Part shown: in pieces, positions 1 through 9,100 of the stretch
Layout: each line of letters opens with the position of its first letter
Numbering within the stretch: position 1 is the first letter of the stretch
From: Chrysochromulina tobinii
Taxonomy: Eukaryota
NCBI GenBank assembly: GCA_001275005.1
Contig: JWZX01002158.1
Location: forward strand, 1-44,456
Direction of reading: 5' to 3'
DNA: 44,456 nt
The notes under the pieces: model-generated
What the model was told of the DNA's origin: nothing
The model's input: only the letters and a program-made list of their open reading frames with translations
Database searches by the model: none
Program-made: the position numbers and the translations under genes

Positions 1-44
1 GGGGGCGGCGGGGGCGGGGGCGGGGGCGAGGCGGCGTGATGTGG

Positions 45-449
45 TCGACGGGAATGCGTCCTCATCACCTTCGGGAACCGCAGCGCTCGGAGGAGCCGCT
101 TCATGTCGTGGAGCGTCAAGCGGAAGAACGTCTTGCAGGAGGCGCTCGTGCCAAATTGGCTTTGAATACGAGCGAAGCTCCAGCGCTCAGGCCCAATGGC
201 GTAGACGGTTTTCTCGCGGAAGTAGGGCCGCTGCGCTCAGGAGCAGCTGGCCCTGCGCGTTCAGCAGCATCGAGGTTCAGCCATCAGCATCGTTGCTTGA
301 GAATGAGCTTGAACTGCTCCTCGAGAAGCCCGATTCGCTGCCCAACTCGTGCCCTGGTTGCGCCCCGCCAACACGCTGAGCGCGACGACGCACACGAGCT
401 TGCTGCGGCTCTCCAAGCGGTCGCGGCCAGCGCTCCACGGCCGCTGCAT
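45..449 (-). pseudogene. Possible degenerate PIF/Harbinger-like (DDE_Tnp_4/HARBI1-type) transposase N-terminal fragment
   Basis: The minus-strand frame 236->45 reads QRPYFREKTVYAIGPERWSFARIQSQFGTSASCKTFFRLTLHDMKRLLRALRFPKVMRTHSR. The C-x3-FR-x4-D-x2-L-x3-L-x2-P pattern resembles the N-terminus of DDE_Tnp_4 transposases as recalled. It is interrupted by TGA at 237-239 and by frame changes upstream, and no catalytic core is visible in the window. Confidence 0.35.
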
Positions 450-541
450 AGATACCCGTGCCCGCGTCCGTGCCCGCACCCGCGCCCCCTTTTTTTTCTG
501 CAAAATACCTGGAAAGAAAGAAGGGCTTTGTGTTCCTATAC

Positions 542-1367
542 ATGACATCCATGCACTCGGCGGCGCGCCGACCAGCAACAAGCTCAACGCACTCGCCGCG
601 CAGACCAGCGGTCGGCTTCTGGCCGACGCCGATCGACGTGGCCGACGAGAATTGGCGGCGGCAGCGGCTCGCTGGCGAGGAGATGGGCCGGCGCTACCGC
701 AGCAACGTGGCCACCGCTGGCGCGCAGCGCGATGCGCTGACCTCCACGCTCGCATCCGAGCTGCGCGCATGCGACGAGGAGCTGTGGCACACGCGCCGAT
801 CAGTCCAGGGGCTCTGGGCGTCGCGGCGCATCCTCATCGATGAGGTCAAATCGCTGCGCGAGAAGCTGGACGTGAGCAACACCATGGTTCAGCAGCAGGC
901 GGAGCGATTGGAAATGCTCGAGCACAAGCTCGCTCGAACGGCCGCGCTCGCGCTCGCACCACCACAGGCTCTGACGGAAAGCAGCCGCAGCATCAGCAGC
1001 ATCAGCAGCAGCAGCAGCAGCAGGAGCAGCAGCAGCAACAAGCTGCCGCCACCGCAGCCACAGCAGCCACCGCCGCAGCCACCGCCGCCGCCACCGCCGC
1101 CGCCTCTTGCCGCGCCCCGCCCCGGTGGTCCATGCAGACGAGCTGCAGGCGCAGATCGATTCGGAGCTGGCGCACACACGCGCGGAGCTGATGGGGCTGC
1201 TCAGCCGCTCGACGGGCGTGGCGACGAGCCTCACCTCGGGCCTCGCCGGCTACCGCATGGCCTCACCGCAGCCCATGGCCTCGAATCTCTCACCTCTTCG
1301 GTGGGGTATGCCCTCAACTCTCGAGCGGACGCCGCAGACGCCTCTGAGCACACGCCTCTTCCGGTGA
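542..1367 (+). CDS. Hypothetical coiled-coil protein with poly-Ser/poly-Pro linker; one +1 frame break at about 1115-1122
   Basis: The ATG at 542 follows an AT-rich stretch and is in frame with ORF 458..1387 (heptad-like LIDEVKSLREKLDVSNTMVQQQAERLEMLEHKL). Coding-like sequence continues in ORF 1107..1367 (ADELQAQIDSELAHTRAELMGLL). Removing one C from GCGCCCCGCCCCGG joins the two frames. Confidence 0.6.
984..1103 (+). repeat. CAG/AGC and CCG trinucleotide tracts (poly-Ser, poly-Pro)
   Basis: cagcatcagcagcatcagcagcagcagcagcagcaggagcagcagcagc followed by ccgcc/ccacc runs. Confidence 0.8.
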
Positions 1368-1663
1368 GGTCACGCGTACACCTGTGAGAGGCACGATCCC
1401 GAATATGAGCGTGCGAGCGCGTCCGGTGAGCGACTTTGGGAAGTGGTTTCTGTACAATATTAGCTGAAACGGAAACGACAGTCGAGTACACGCTCAGCGA
1501 GGCGGGGCCGGGGGGTACCACTCCCGTCTCCGAGAGGTCCCCCAGGCGCGTCCTCATACTCCACACTCTAAGTAGTTCGGTACACTCGCACCTCCAGGTC
1601 ACCTCCTTCCCCCACCCGGGCGGTCGATTTGCACAGTGGCGTGCACCCGTCACCCCCCCCGGC

Positions 1664-4324
1664 TCAGATACACGCGGAGCCGAGGCAGAGAGGCGGGATG
1701 AACTTGTAGGTGGCAAGCACCTCGTAGACGACGTACACGATGTAGACCACAAAGTAGAGGGCGGCTGCGGGGACCGAGATTTTGCCTCTGCACACGAGCG
1801 GTGTCGCCATGAAGAGGATGATCGAGAGGATAGTGACGTACACAGCGCCCACGAGCGAGCCCGCCTCGCGCACGGGCTCGGAGCCGTCGCGGTACGGGCA
1901 CATTGGGCCCAGACCCATCGGCATGTAGCATCCGGTACACGCGCCGCCGAAGGCGTTGGGCGTGAGAATGTGTCCTCCACGCCCGAGCTGGCACGTGCCG
2001 AGCGTCGTCTGTACGAGCCATACGAGCCCAAGGCAGATGCAAATGTTGAAGGTGTTGGAGCCAAAGGCTTGGCAGAGTGACATGCCTGCCTGGCCCGCAC
2101 GCGCGGTGAGTACTGAGGCGTACAGATTGGGGAACGAGGTGCCTGCTGCGCCAAGCGTGAGCCCCATCACCGTCTCGGAGACGCCAAGCGCGCACCCTAT
2201 CTTCTCGAGCGCAAGGTTCATCGTGTACGCAAGGATCGCGAGCCACACGACCGCGAGCACGAGGGAGACCATGTACCAATCGGCTCGACGCGCCGGGTCC
2301 GGAATGGTGAAATGGAAGACCGCCTTCAGAGGCACGATCAAAATGAAGATCGCCTTGGCGAGCTTGCCCTCAGGCAACGCGTACCAGAGCTCGTCGTGCT
2401 CTTCGTCGTCGTCCTCGGCGGGCTCACCCCACGTGTCGCGGTCGCCCATGCTATTCGACGATCCTCCTTCCAGATAGCCTGGTGCAAAATCGGTCGAGGC
2501 AGCCCGAGGGCGGCCGGCCGATGGCGGCGGCTGCGCGCGCAGCTCATCGATGCTCACGATGAGATGATCGAACCACTGCTGAATCGTCTCCGGATCGACG
2601 TCGGCGCCACAGCGCAGCTTGTACTTCTGCTTCGGGGTCACGAGGTGCAGCTCTACCGATGAGAAGCGCACCACATTGTGCACTTTGTGCAGTGGGATTG
2701 CGACGGAGGTCTTCCACTCCACCGTGCCATCAAGCGGACCGTTCGCGACGATGCGATGGTAGCGCAGCGGGAAGACGCGCGTGTCCGTGTGCAGCACGAA
2801 GAATCGGCGCTGCCACTTCTTCGTGCTCATACGCACGCGCGAGTAGAAGCGACTCCGCTTGAACAGGACGCCCGCCATCCGTACGGGTATCCGCTCGCCT
2901 GCGGGCCCGATGGCAGCCAGCACCTCGCCCTGCGTTCGCGCGTAACGGTCTACCCGCTCGCGGCACGCGGCAACGAGGGCGCTAAAGGAGCCCAGCTCAG
3001 GCTGCCCGGCGGCAGATGCGCTCAACTCAGTGCCCCTCGCCGCCTCCCGTCGGCTCTCCTGAAGGCTCGAGTGCACGCCGGAGTGTGTGTGCTCCGCTAT
3101 GCTGAGCCCATAGCTCCGCCCACCAACAGGGAGGGTCACGTCGAATGGCTGATGCCCTGCCTCGAAGAGATGGCTCTCGAGGCTGTCGATCAGATGGCTC
3201 TCGAAGCTCTCGAGGCGCGTGCTCGTGCCGAGAAAGCTCGGCCCAAGCATTTCCATGCTCCGGCTCCCACTGATCAGGGGCAAGACCGTAGGCGCGCTGC
3301 TGGCGGCCGAGGGGTTCATGCTCAAGTCCGCGGGCTGCGGCAACGGCTCATTCCCGAGTGGCTCGGGCGTATAGCCCGCGAGCAGCCCCGCAGACATCGC
3401 CTCCCTCGCATTGCCGCCGCCCGCACCCATCGATGGCAGTTCCGTCGGCTTCTTCAACATCGGCGGTTCAATGCCACGGGCCTTCGAGCGGCGCAGGCAC
3501 GATCCTAAGATGGACTCATAGTAGATGCACACGAACACGTAGACCACGTACGCGCCCACGAGCACCAGCGCCTCCCACCAGAGCACGATCGCGTCCGACA
3601 TGACCCACGCGAAAAGGCCAAGCACAGTCAGCAACGAGACGATCTCGCGAACCATCAGCCAGCCATCGACCACAAGGTGGCCAGAGACGGCGATCGCGGC
3701 GGCGCCACAGATGCAAAGGATGTTGAAGGGTGCCGAACCCACGACGGTTCCCGCGCCCACGGTCGAGTGCTGCACAAAGACGCCTATGATCGACGCGAAG
3801 AGCTCTGGCGCGTTACACCCCGCCGCCATGATCGTCGCGCCCGCCACATCCTCGGGCACGCCCTTCCGCTCGCAAAAGATGTTGAGCGCGGGCACGAGGA
3901 AGTCCTCGCACACGTGCGCCAGCCCGTAGAACATGTACACAACGATGATCGTCCACAGCGCGAGCAGCTGCAGATCGCCATCTCGCTCCTCCGGGTGGTC
4001 AGCGCACCCGGGCAGCTGCTCGGGGATGGGCGTATGGGGCGGCGCGGGCGGGCAGGTGGTGAAGGAGCCACTGCCACACTCATCGCCATCGCTCCGGTTG
4101 CCACGAACCAGGAATTCCGCGATGTCGTCGTCGTTAAGGTTGCAGAATCCAATGTAGTCGTAGCCAGGCGGCTGGTTGAGCACGTGGTCAACGCGGTCCG
4201 TGTCCTCGCTCGAGGCCTTGTCTGCTTGGCACACGGCCGGAAAGCAGATGCCGTCGCGGCAGAACTGCGGGTCGATTGCGGGGAGCTCTGCGGCGAGGCT
4301 CTGATGCGCGAGCATCGCCATCAT
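1664..4324 (-). CDS. NCKX/SLC24-like Ca2+/cation antiporter (CaCA superfamily) with PH domain in the central cytosolic loop
   Basis: Alpha-1 repeat VAGATIMAAGCNAPELFASIIG..GTVVGSAPFNIL, alpha-2 repeat GLTLGAAGTSFPNLYAS..GSNTFNI, and two clusters of TM helices. PH-like segment MAGVLFKRS..KKWQRRFFVL..YKLRC..IQQWFDHL. The start is chosen at the ATG at 4324; the alternative ATG at 4441 would leave only 38 bp to the divergent gene. Confidence 0.9.
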   Translation of the reverse strand: MMAMLAHQSLAAELPAIDPQFCRDGICFPAVCQADKASSEDTDRVDHVLNQPPGYDYIGFCNLNDDDIAEFLVRGNRSDGDECGSGSFTTCPPAPPHTPIPEQLPGCADHPEERDGDLQLLALWTIIVVYMFYGLAHVCEDFLVPALNIFCERKGVPEDVAGATIMAAGCNAPELFASIIGVFVQHSTVGAGTVVGSAPFNILCICGAAAIAVSGHLVVDGWLMVREIVSLLTVLGLFAWVMSDAIVLWWEALVLVGAYVVYVFVCIYYESILGSCLRRSKARGIEPPMLKKPTELPSMGAGGGNAREAMSAGLLAGYTPEPLGNEPLPQPADLSMNPSAASSAPTVLPLISGSRSMEMLGPSFLGTSTRLESFESHLIDSLESHLFEAGHQPFDVTLPVGGRSYGLSIAEHTHSGVHSSLQESRREAARGTELSASAAGQPELGSFSALVAACRERVDRYARTQGEVLAAIGPAGERIPVRMAGVLFKRSRFYSRVRMSTKKWQRRFFVLHTDTRVFPLRYHRIVANGPLDGTVEWKTSVAIPLHKVHNVVRFSSVELHLVTPKQKYKLRCGADVDPETIQQWFDHLIVSIDELRAQPPPSAGRPRAASTDFAPGYLEGGSSNSMGDRDTWGEPAEDDDEEHDELWYALPEGKLAKAIFILIVPLKAVFHFTIPDPARRADWYMVSLVLAVVWLAILAYTMNLALEKIGCALGVSETVMGLTLGAAGTSFPNLYASVLTARAGQAGMSLCQAFGSNTFNICICLGLVWLVQTTLGTCQLGRGGHILTPNAFGGACTGCYMPMGLGPMCPYRDGSEPVREAGSLVGAVYVTILSIILFMATPLVCRGKISVPAAALYFVVYIVYVVYEVLATYKFIPPLCLGSACI

Positions 4325-4479
4325 CGCTACAGGTACGGTGTCGCCGAAGGCGACCGACTCTGTGTGCGTGCTGCCGCGGCTTCGTCGCGGAATCTCGCAC
4401 GAAACTTGTTTTCCTCCAAAGTCAACCGTGTGTGAGGACATCCCCTCTCCAAGAACGCAGTGCGGTGAGCTATCCGAGT

Positions 4480-5835
4480 ATGTCTGCGAACGCCTGGTAC
4501 GGCGCTTTCGCGGAGTTTCAGATGGACCCGTTCGCTGCACTCGGCATCATGAGCTCCGTTGGCTCGTCGGGCCAGGCCAATGCGGAGCAGTATGCATCCC
4601 GCCGGGCGCACGCGCGCGAAAGCCTGCAGCTCTTCGCCAGCGCAACGAGCAGCATCCAGGTTCGCTTCATCTTGGCGAGGCCACCAGTCCAGCCCGAAGC
4701 GATCCGGGATGAAGAGCGGCGACACGGCGACATGGCCTGGCTCTCGATGAATGAGTCGCGCTTCCGGTGCGCGCTGAAACCGCTGCTGTGGTACGAGTAC
4801 TGCCTCACGGCCTTCCCCACGGCACGCTTCTTTGCAATCGCAGACGACGATGCCTATGTCCAGCTCGCGCACATGGAAGCTGACCTGCGCTCGCTCGTGA
4901 CAACCCACTCAAGTACACGGCTCCTCATGTGGGGACTCGTCATGTGGTATGGGGCTTATGACAACGTGACGATGGTCACGCACGAAGAGTGGGGTGGTTG
5001 GGGGTACGCCGACGGTGGCGCAGTGAAGACTCGACGGCGCATGGACAATTGCCAGGCATCGAGAGCGGCGTCCATGGCGGTGGCGAGTGTGGCCCCCGCA
5101 CCATGGGGGCACGGAGATCAAAGCCGCAACCATCAAACGCATGCGGCCACGAGTGCGCCGCCACGGCGCCGTTCACGAGGGCGAGGTGGCCCCGCCGTCA
5201 CCAGCGAGCCTTGCGCGCGCCTGAGCCCCGCGGCGCTTGCGACGATCAGCCGTGGCGGGCTCGACTCGACGACCGCGCCATGGCCCGTGGTCAACGGACC
5301 TCTCTTTGCCGTGTCCAGCCGGCTCGCAAAGCTCCTCGTCGTCGATCCGCTGCCGCGTCGTTATCTGGACAAGTTGCACCGCACTGAGCGCGTGCAGACG
5401 GCGCTCAACCGGCCTGGTGGGCCGCGCAAGTCCAACTTTGGGTGCTGGCCCGTGGGCGACAGCATCCTTGGAATGTGGGTGTCGCAGCTGAGCGAGCGGC
5501 ATAATGAGAGCGTTACACTCGTCAACACGCCCTTTATGGTGCAGCACCACCCGTGGCCAGCGACCGTCCACGGCGCATTCAGCAACAGATCGATTGTGTT
5601 GCATGGCCTCAAGAAGGAGAAAAACCAGCGCAAGTTTCGGGATTTGGTCTTGCATCGTGGCCTCGGACCGTTTGTGCCCTTTCGGCGCAAGTGCGGCAGC
5701 TGTGCAGCAATGGGGTGGAGCACATGGCCGGGCAGTGTCCACGGCCAATGGACGTGCTGCGGCTGCGACGCCGCCGAGTCCAAGCGCACGTGCGACGAGC
5801 GCATGGGGCAGCCCCAGGAGCCGTCGGACGGCTGA
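4480..5835 (+). CDS. Glycosyltransferase family 31 (beta-1,3-galactosyltransferase-like)
   Basis: IQVRFIL..EERRHGDM..CALKPLLWYEYC..ARFFAIADDDAYV (DxD motif), plus VVNGPLFAVS and GDSILGMWV segments typical of GT31. The first in-frame ATG is at 4480; the start is uncertain and no clear signal anchor is seen. Confidence 0.75.
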   Translation: MSANAWYGAFAEFQMDPFAALGIMSSVGSSGQANAEQYASRRAHARESLQLFASATSSIQVRFILARPPVQPEAIRDEERRHGDMAWLSMNESRFRCALKPLLWYEYCLTAFPTARFFAIADDDAYVQLAHMEADLRSLVTTHSSTRLLMWGLVMWYGAYDNVTMVTHEEWGGWGYADGGAVKTRRRMDNCQASRAASMAVASVAPAPWGHGDQSRNHQTHAATSAPPRRRSRGRGGPAVTSEPCARLSPAALATISRGGLDSTTAPWPVVNGPLFAVSSRLAKLLVVDPLPRRYLDKLHRTERVQTALNRPGGPRKSNFGCWPVGDSILGMWVSQLSERHNESVTLVNTPFMVQHHPWPATVHGAFSNRSIVLHGLKKEKNQRKFRDLVLHRGLGPFVPFRRKCGSCAAMGWSTWPGSVHGQWTCCGCDAAESKRTCDERMGQPQEPSDG

Positions 5836-6101
5836 ACTGTGTGATGTGTGAACATAGCTCAGGAGTTTTTACTTATCTCACCAAGCACGCTAAGGGTACA
5901 GCGAAGCCAGACAGCGAGGCCGAGAGCCGCGCGCGTGAGAGGATATGAAGCCGTGCACAAGCGCGCCGCCGCTGTCGTATCGCAAGCGGCTCGTCGCTGT
6001 AGCGCAGGCGATCGCCGTCGGGGGAAACGTGATCCACGCCAGTTCGCCAGATGCACACGCGCGCTTTGTAGTCTCGGACGGCCCGTGGCTGCCCCCGTCG
6101 T

Positions 6102-9100
6102 TCACTCGGGATCTTCGAAAGACATTGCGGCGTTGGCGCGCCCCTCGGCGGTCGCATCCATGTCCATGTCGGTACAGTTGACGATCGCGTAGAGGAGTTT
6201 CTCCTTGGCGACCTTGAATGAGGTGTAGCGCGGCCACTCTACGGAGAAGAAGCACGTGTGCGAGACGGGGAAGTGATGGTCAGGCGTGCTCGTCTCGAGC
6301 GTGTGGACCTTCATGCATTGGTCGCCCCACTCCTCGTCGGTCTGCGGCAGCCGATTGCGCGACCAAATGAAGGTCAGGAATTTGGAGCGCTGGTCGGCCG
6401 AGAAGGCCTCGAGCACGCGCCAGAGCAGCGCAATGTGCTCATCCTTGGCCGGATCGACCGAGACACCGTAGCGCGTGTGCTTCCTCAGGATGCCGATGTC
6501 GATGTCGGGCGCGCCGCACGTCATCAACTCGAGCTCGGTGTGCGTGAACAGCGGCAGAAGGCGCGCGGGGAGAAGCGCATTGAGCCCGCGCAGCATAGCA
6601 TGAGCCTGAGCGTGCCCCTCGTGCAGACGCGCGCGCATGACGAGGTCACAGAAGCGCCGCCGGTTGGCGAAGGTGACGTCGAGGTTGGCACCGCCCTCGC
6701 AGACCTCGACCGTGGCGCCATTCGAGAGTTGCGTTGTGAACGTTTCGAAGAACAGGTCTCCGAATAGGCCCTCATCGATGCCCTCGGCCTCGCAGTCTGC
6801 CATCTTGAGCAAGGACTGGCACGCCATCTCGTCGTACCCGGCTAGGTCGGTGTGGTCGGGCGCGGACTGCACAAGCTGCTTCCACACGACCGAGCATAGG
6901 TTGAGCGAGAGCACGGTATCCTGCTGCAGGAGCGCCATCGCACACAGCGCACCCAAGAACTCGAACCACTTGAGGAGCTCGGCCGTGGTGGCCGCGGGGT
7001 CCATGATGTACTTGTCACGATTGGAGCCGAGCGAGTGCTGGCCGTTGGGCGAGAGCAGCAGCATCGGGAGCGTCGCAGGCGTCTGGAGCTCGCCGCAGAG
7101 CGACGTCAAGACTTCGCGGTACGGGCCGCCGTAATCATCCGCCGCCTCCCCCGAGAACTTGACCTTGAACGAGCGATCGCGTCGCTGGAGGGCGGAGGAT
7201 GGGACGAACTGGAGCTGCGCGTGCAGCTGCGCGAAGATCGAATGGCGCATGCGTGCGCGTCGGTCGGAGCGCTCCTTGCCCGCCCGGTGCCGGTTGATGA
7301 CCGCAATCGGCGGCGGGTGCTCCTTGAAGTACTTAGGCTCTTGGATTGGGGCGGTCGCGTCGAGGGCGGCGCACCAAAGCTTGTGCTTCACGTCGGGGAA
7401 GATGAGCTCTCGCAGGCCGCACAGCTCGGCGCCGAGAGTGTGCGGCCGGTCGGCATACCCTGTCCACACGAGAGCCATCTGGTTCATAAGCGCCGTGTTG
7501 AACGTCTGGAGCAGCGCGTGACGACAGCGCAGCTCGCCAACGCTCGTCCCCTCGATCCGGCCACCGCCGCCCTCCCGCAAGGCGGGCAGCTCAGCCGGCG
7601 GCAGCTCGGACGGCTTCGCCCTCTCCTTCGCCCTCCCCGGCTCGGGCACGGGCACCTTTATTGCCGCCACATTGTATGCGTACTTGATAAGGGCGGCGTA
7701 CTTCTCCACGGGCCACGGGACGGCCAGGCACTCGGCCACTTGGATCGGCGAGGCCCCCATCTTTTCGGACACCCGGTCCACCCAACGCTCGGGCAGCGCC
7801 GGCACGGGGAGCGCACCCTCCCCGCCTCCAGCCGACTTAGCCACGTGCCCAAAGTATAGAGCCGCCGCGCTGAGCTCGAGGATCGCCTCGACCCACGATG
7901 GGCGGCGCGGCGGCGCGCGCTCCTTGGACGCGCGTAGGTGAGCCTGCGCCACGAGCTCCGCACACAGCTGCACGTGCGGCGCGAGCAAGCCCGAGATTCG
8001 GTCGACCGTGCCGCCGTCGGGTCGGTTGTGCTGCTCCACAACCGATGAGAGGCTAAGCAACGGCTCGAGCGGCCAGAGCTCGCGCGGGTCGTGCTCGCGC
8101 ATCTCGAGCGAGAGCGCCGTGCTGGGCAGCTTGAGCAGCCGGAGCAGCAGGGAGGCGGCGAGCGCGCGGTAGGGACCGTCGTCCTCAGCGCGGTGCACGC
8201 AGCGCGTGAGCGCGCGGTACGTGTCCTTCGTGAGCAGCTCCGTCGGCCGGTGCGCGCTGAGCAGCTCAAGCAACGGCCAGCCGATGGCGAGGGGCGCATC
8301 GAGCGCGCCGGACTCGACATCGGGAGGCATCCAGCCCGCGGCACTCACGCGCACCGAGAAGCCCCACGGCTTCTTGCGCAGCTCCTTGAGAGGCACCTCG
8401 CCCTCCAAGTGCACCCACAGCGTGTCGCCGTGCACAAGGCGATTGGACCAGCCGGTCGCAGTGCCCTGCCACTGCGCCACGATCTCTTTTCCTGCCTCGT
8501 CGGAACAGAAGCGCAGGCACGCGCTGCCGGGCAGGTTGGAGCGCGCGTCCAGGTGCAGCATCATCTGGGAGGCGCCCGCCACCTGCAGCTTCGCCACCGA
8601 GCGCAGCTTGGTTTGCTTCTCGCTCAGCGGGTGCGGCGATTGGGTCGTGGCCGTTGCGGAGAGCTCGCGCCGCAGGTGCTTGAGTGCGTCGTCGCGCAGC
8701 AGCCGTGGCAGCGCTTGCAAGACGGCCGGCAGCTGCACCGCCTCGTTGTCGGGCCTCACGAGGCTCTCCATCAGACCCCACAGCTTGGCGAAGGGCGACG
8801 AGTTGCCGCCGCGGCCGACGGGTGCGCCGAGCGCCGCGCCGCCCACGCCACCGCCTGCGGCCGAGCCACCTGAAGAGTGATACGCGAGCTTGAGGAGGTC
8901 TAGCAGGTCGCGAGGTTGCCCCAGCTGATCGAGTTTAAAAGCGGACGCCCGGTCCGCGTGCGACTGCTGCAGCGTGCCCATGTCTGCGAGCAAGTACACG
9001 AGCGCCTGACGCAGCAGCATGATGGCGAGCGCGGTGTGCGCCGCGCCCGAGACGGCGTTCAGTCCAGAGGAATTGGCGCCTAGCTGCCTCAATTCGGGGA

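Noticed and set aside
36..545. Plus-strand ORFs 36..545, 41..379 and 349..843
   Set aside because: No recognisable motifs and mostly non-ATG starts; typical shadow ORFs of GC-rich DNA.
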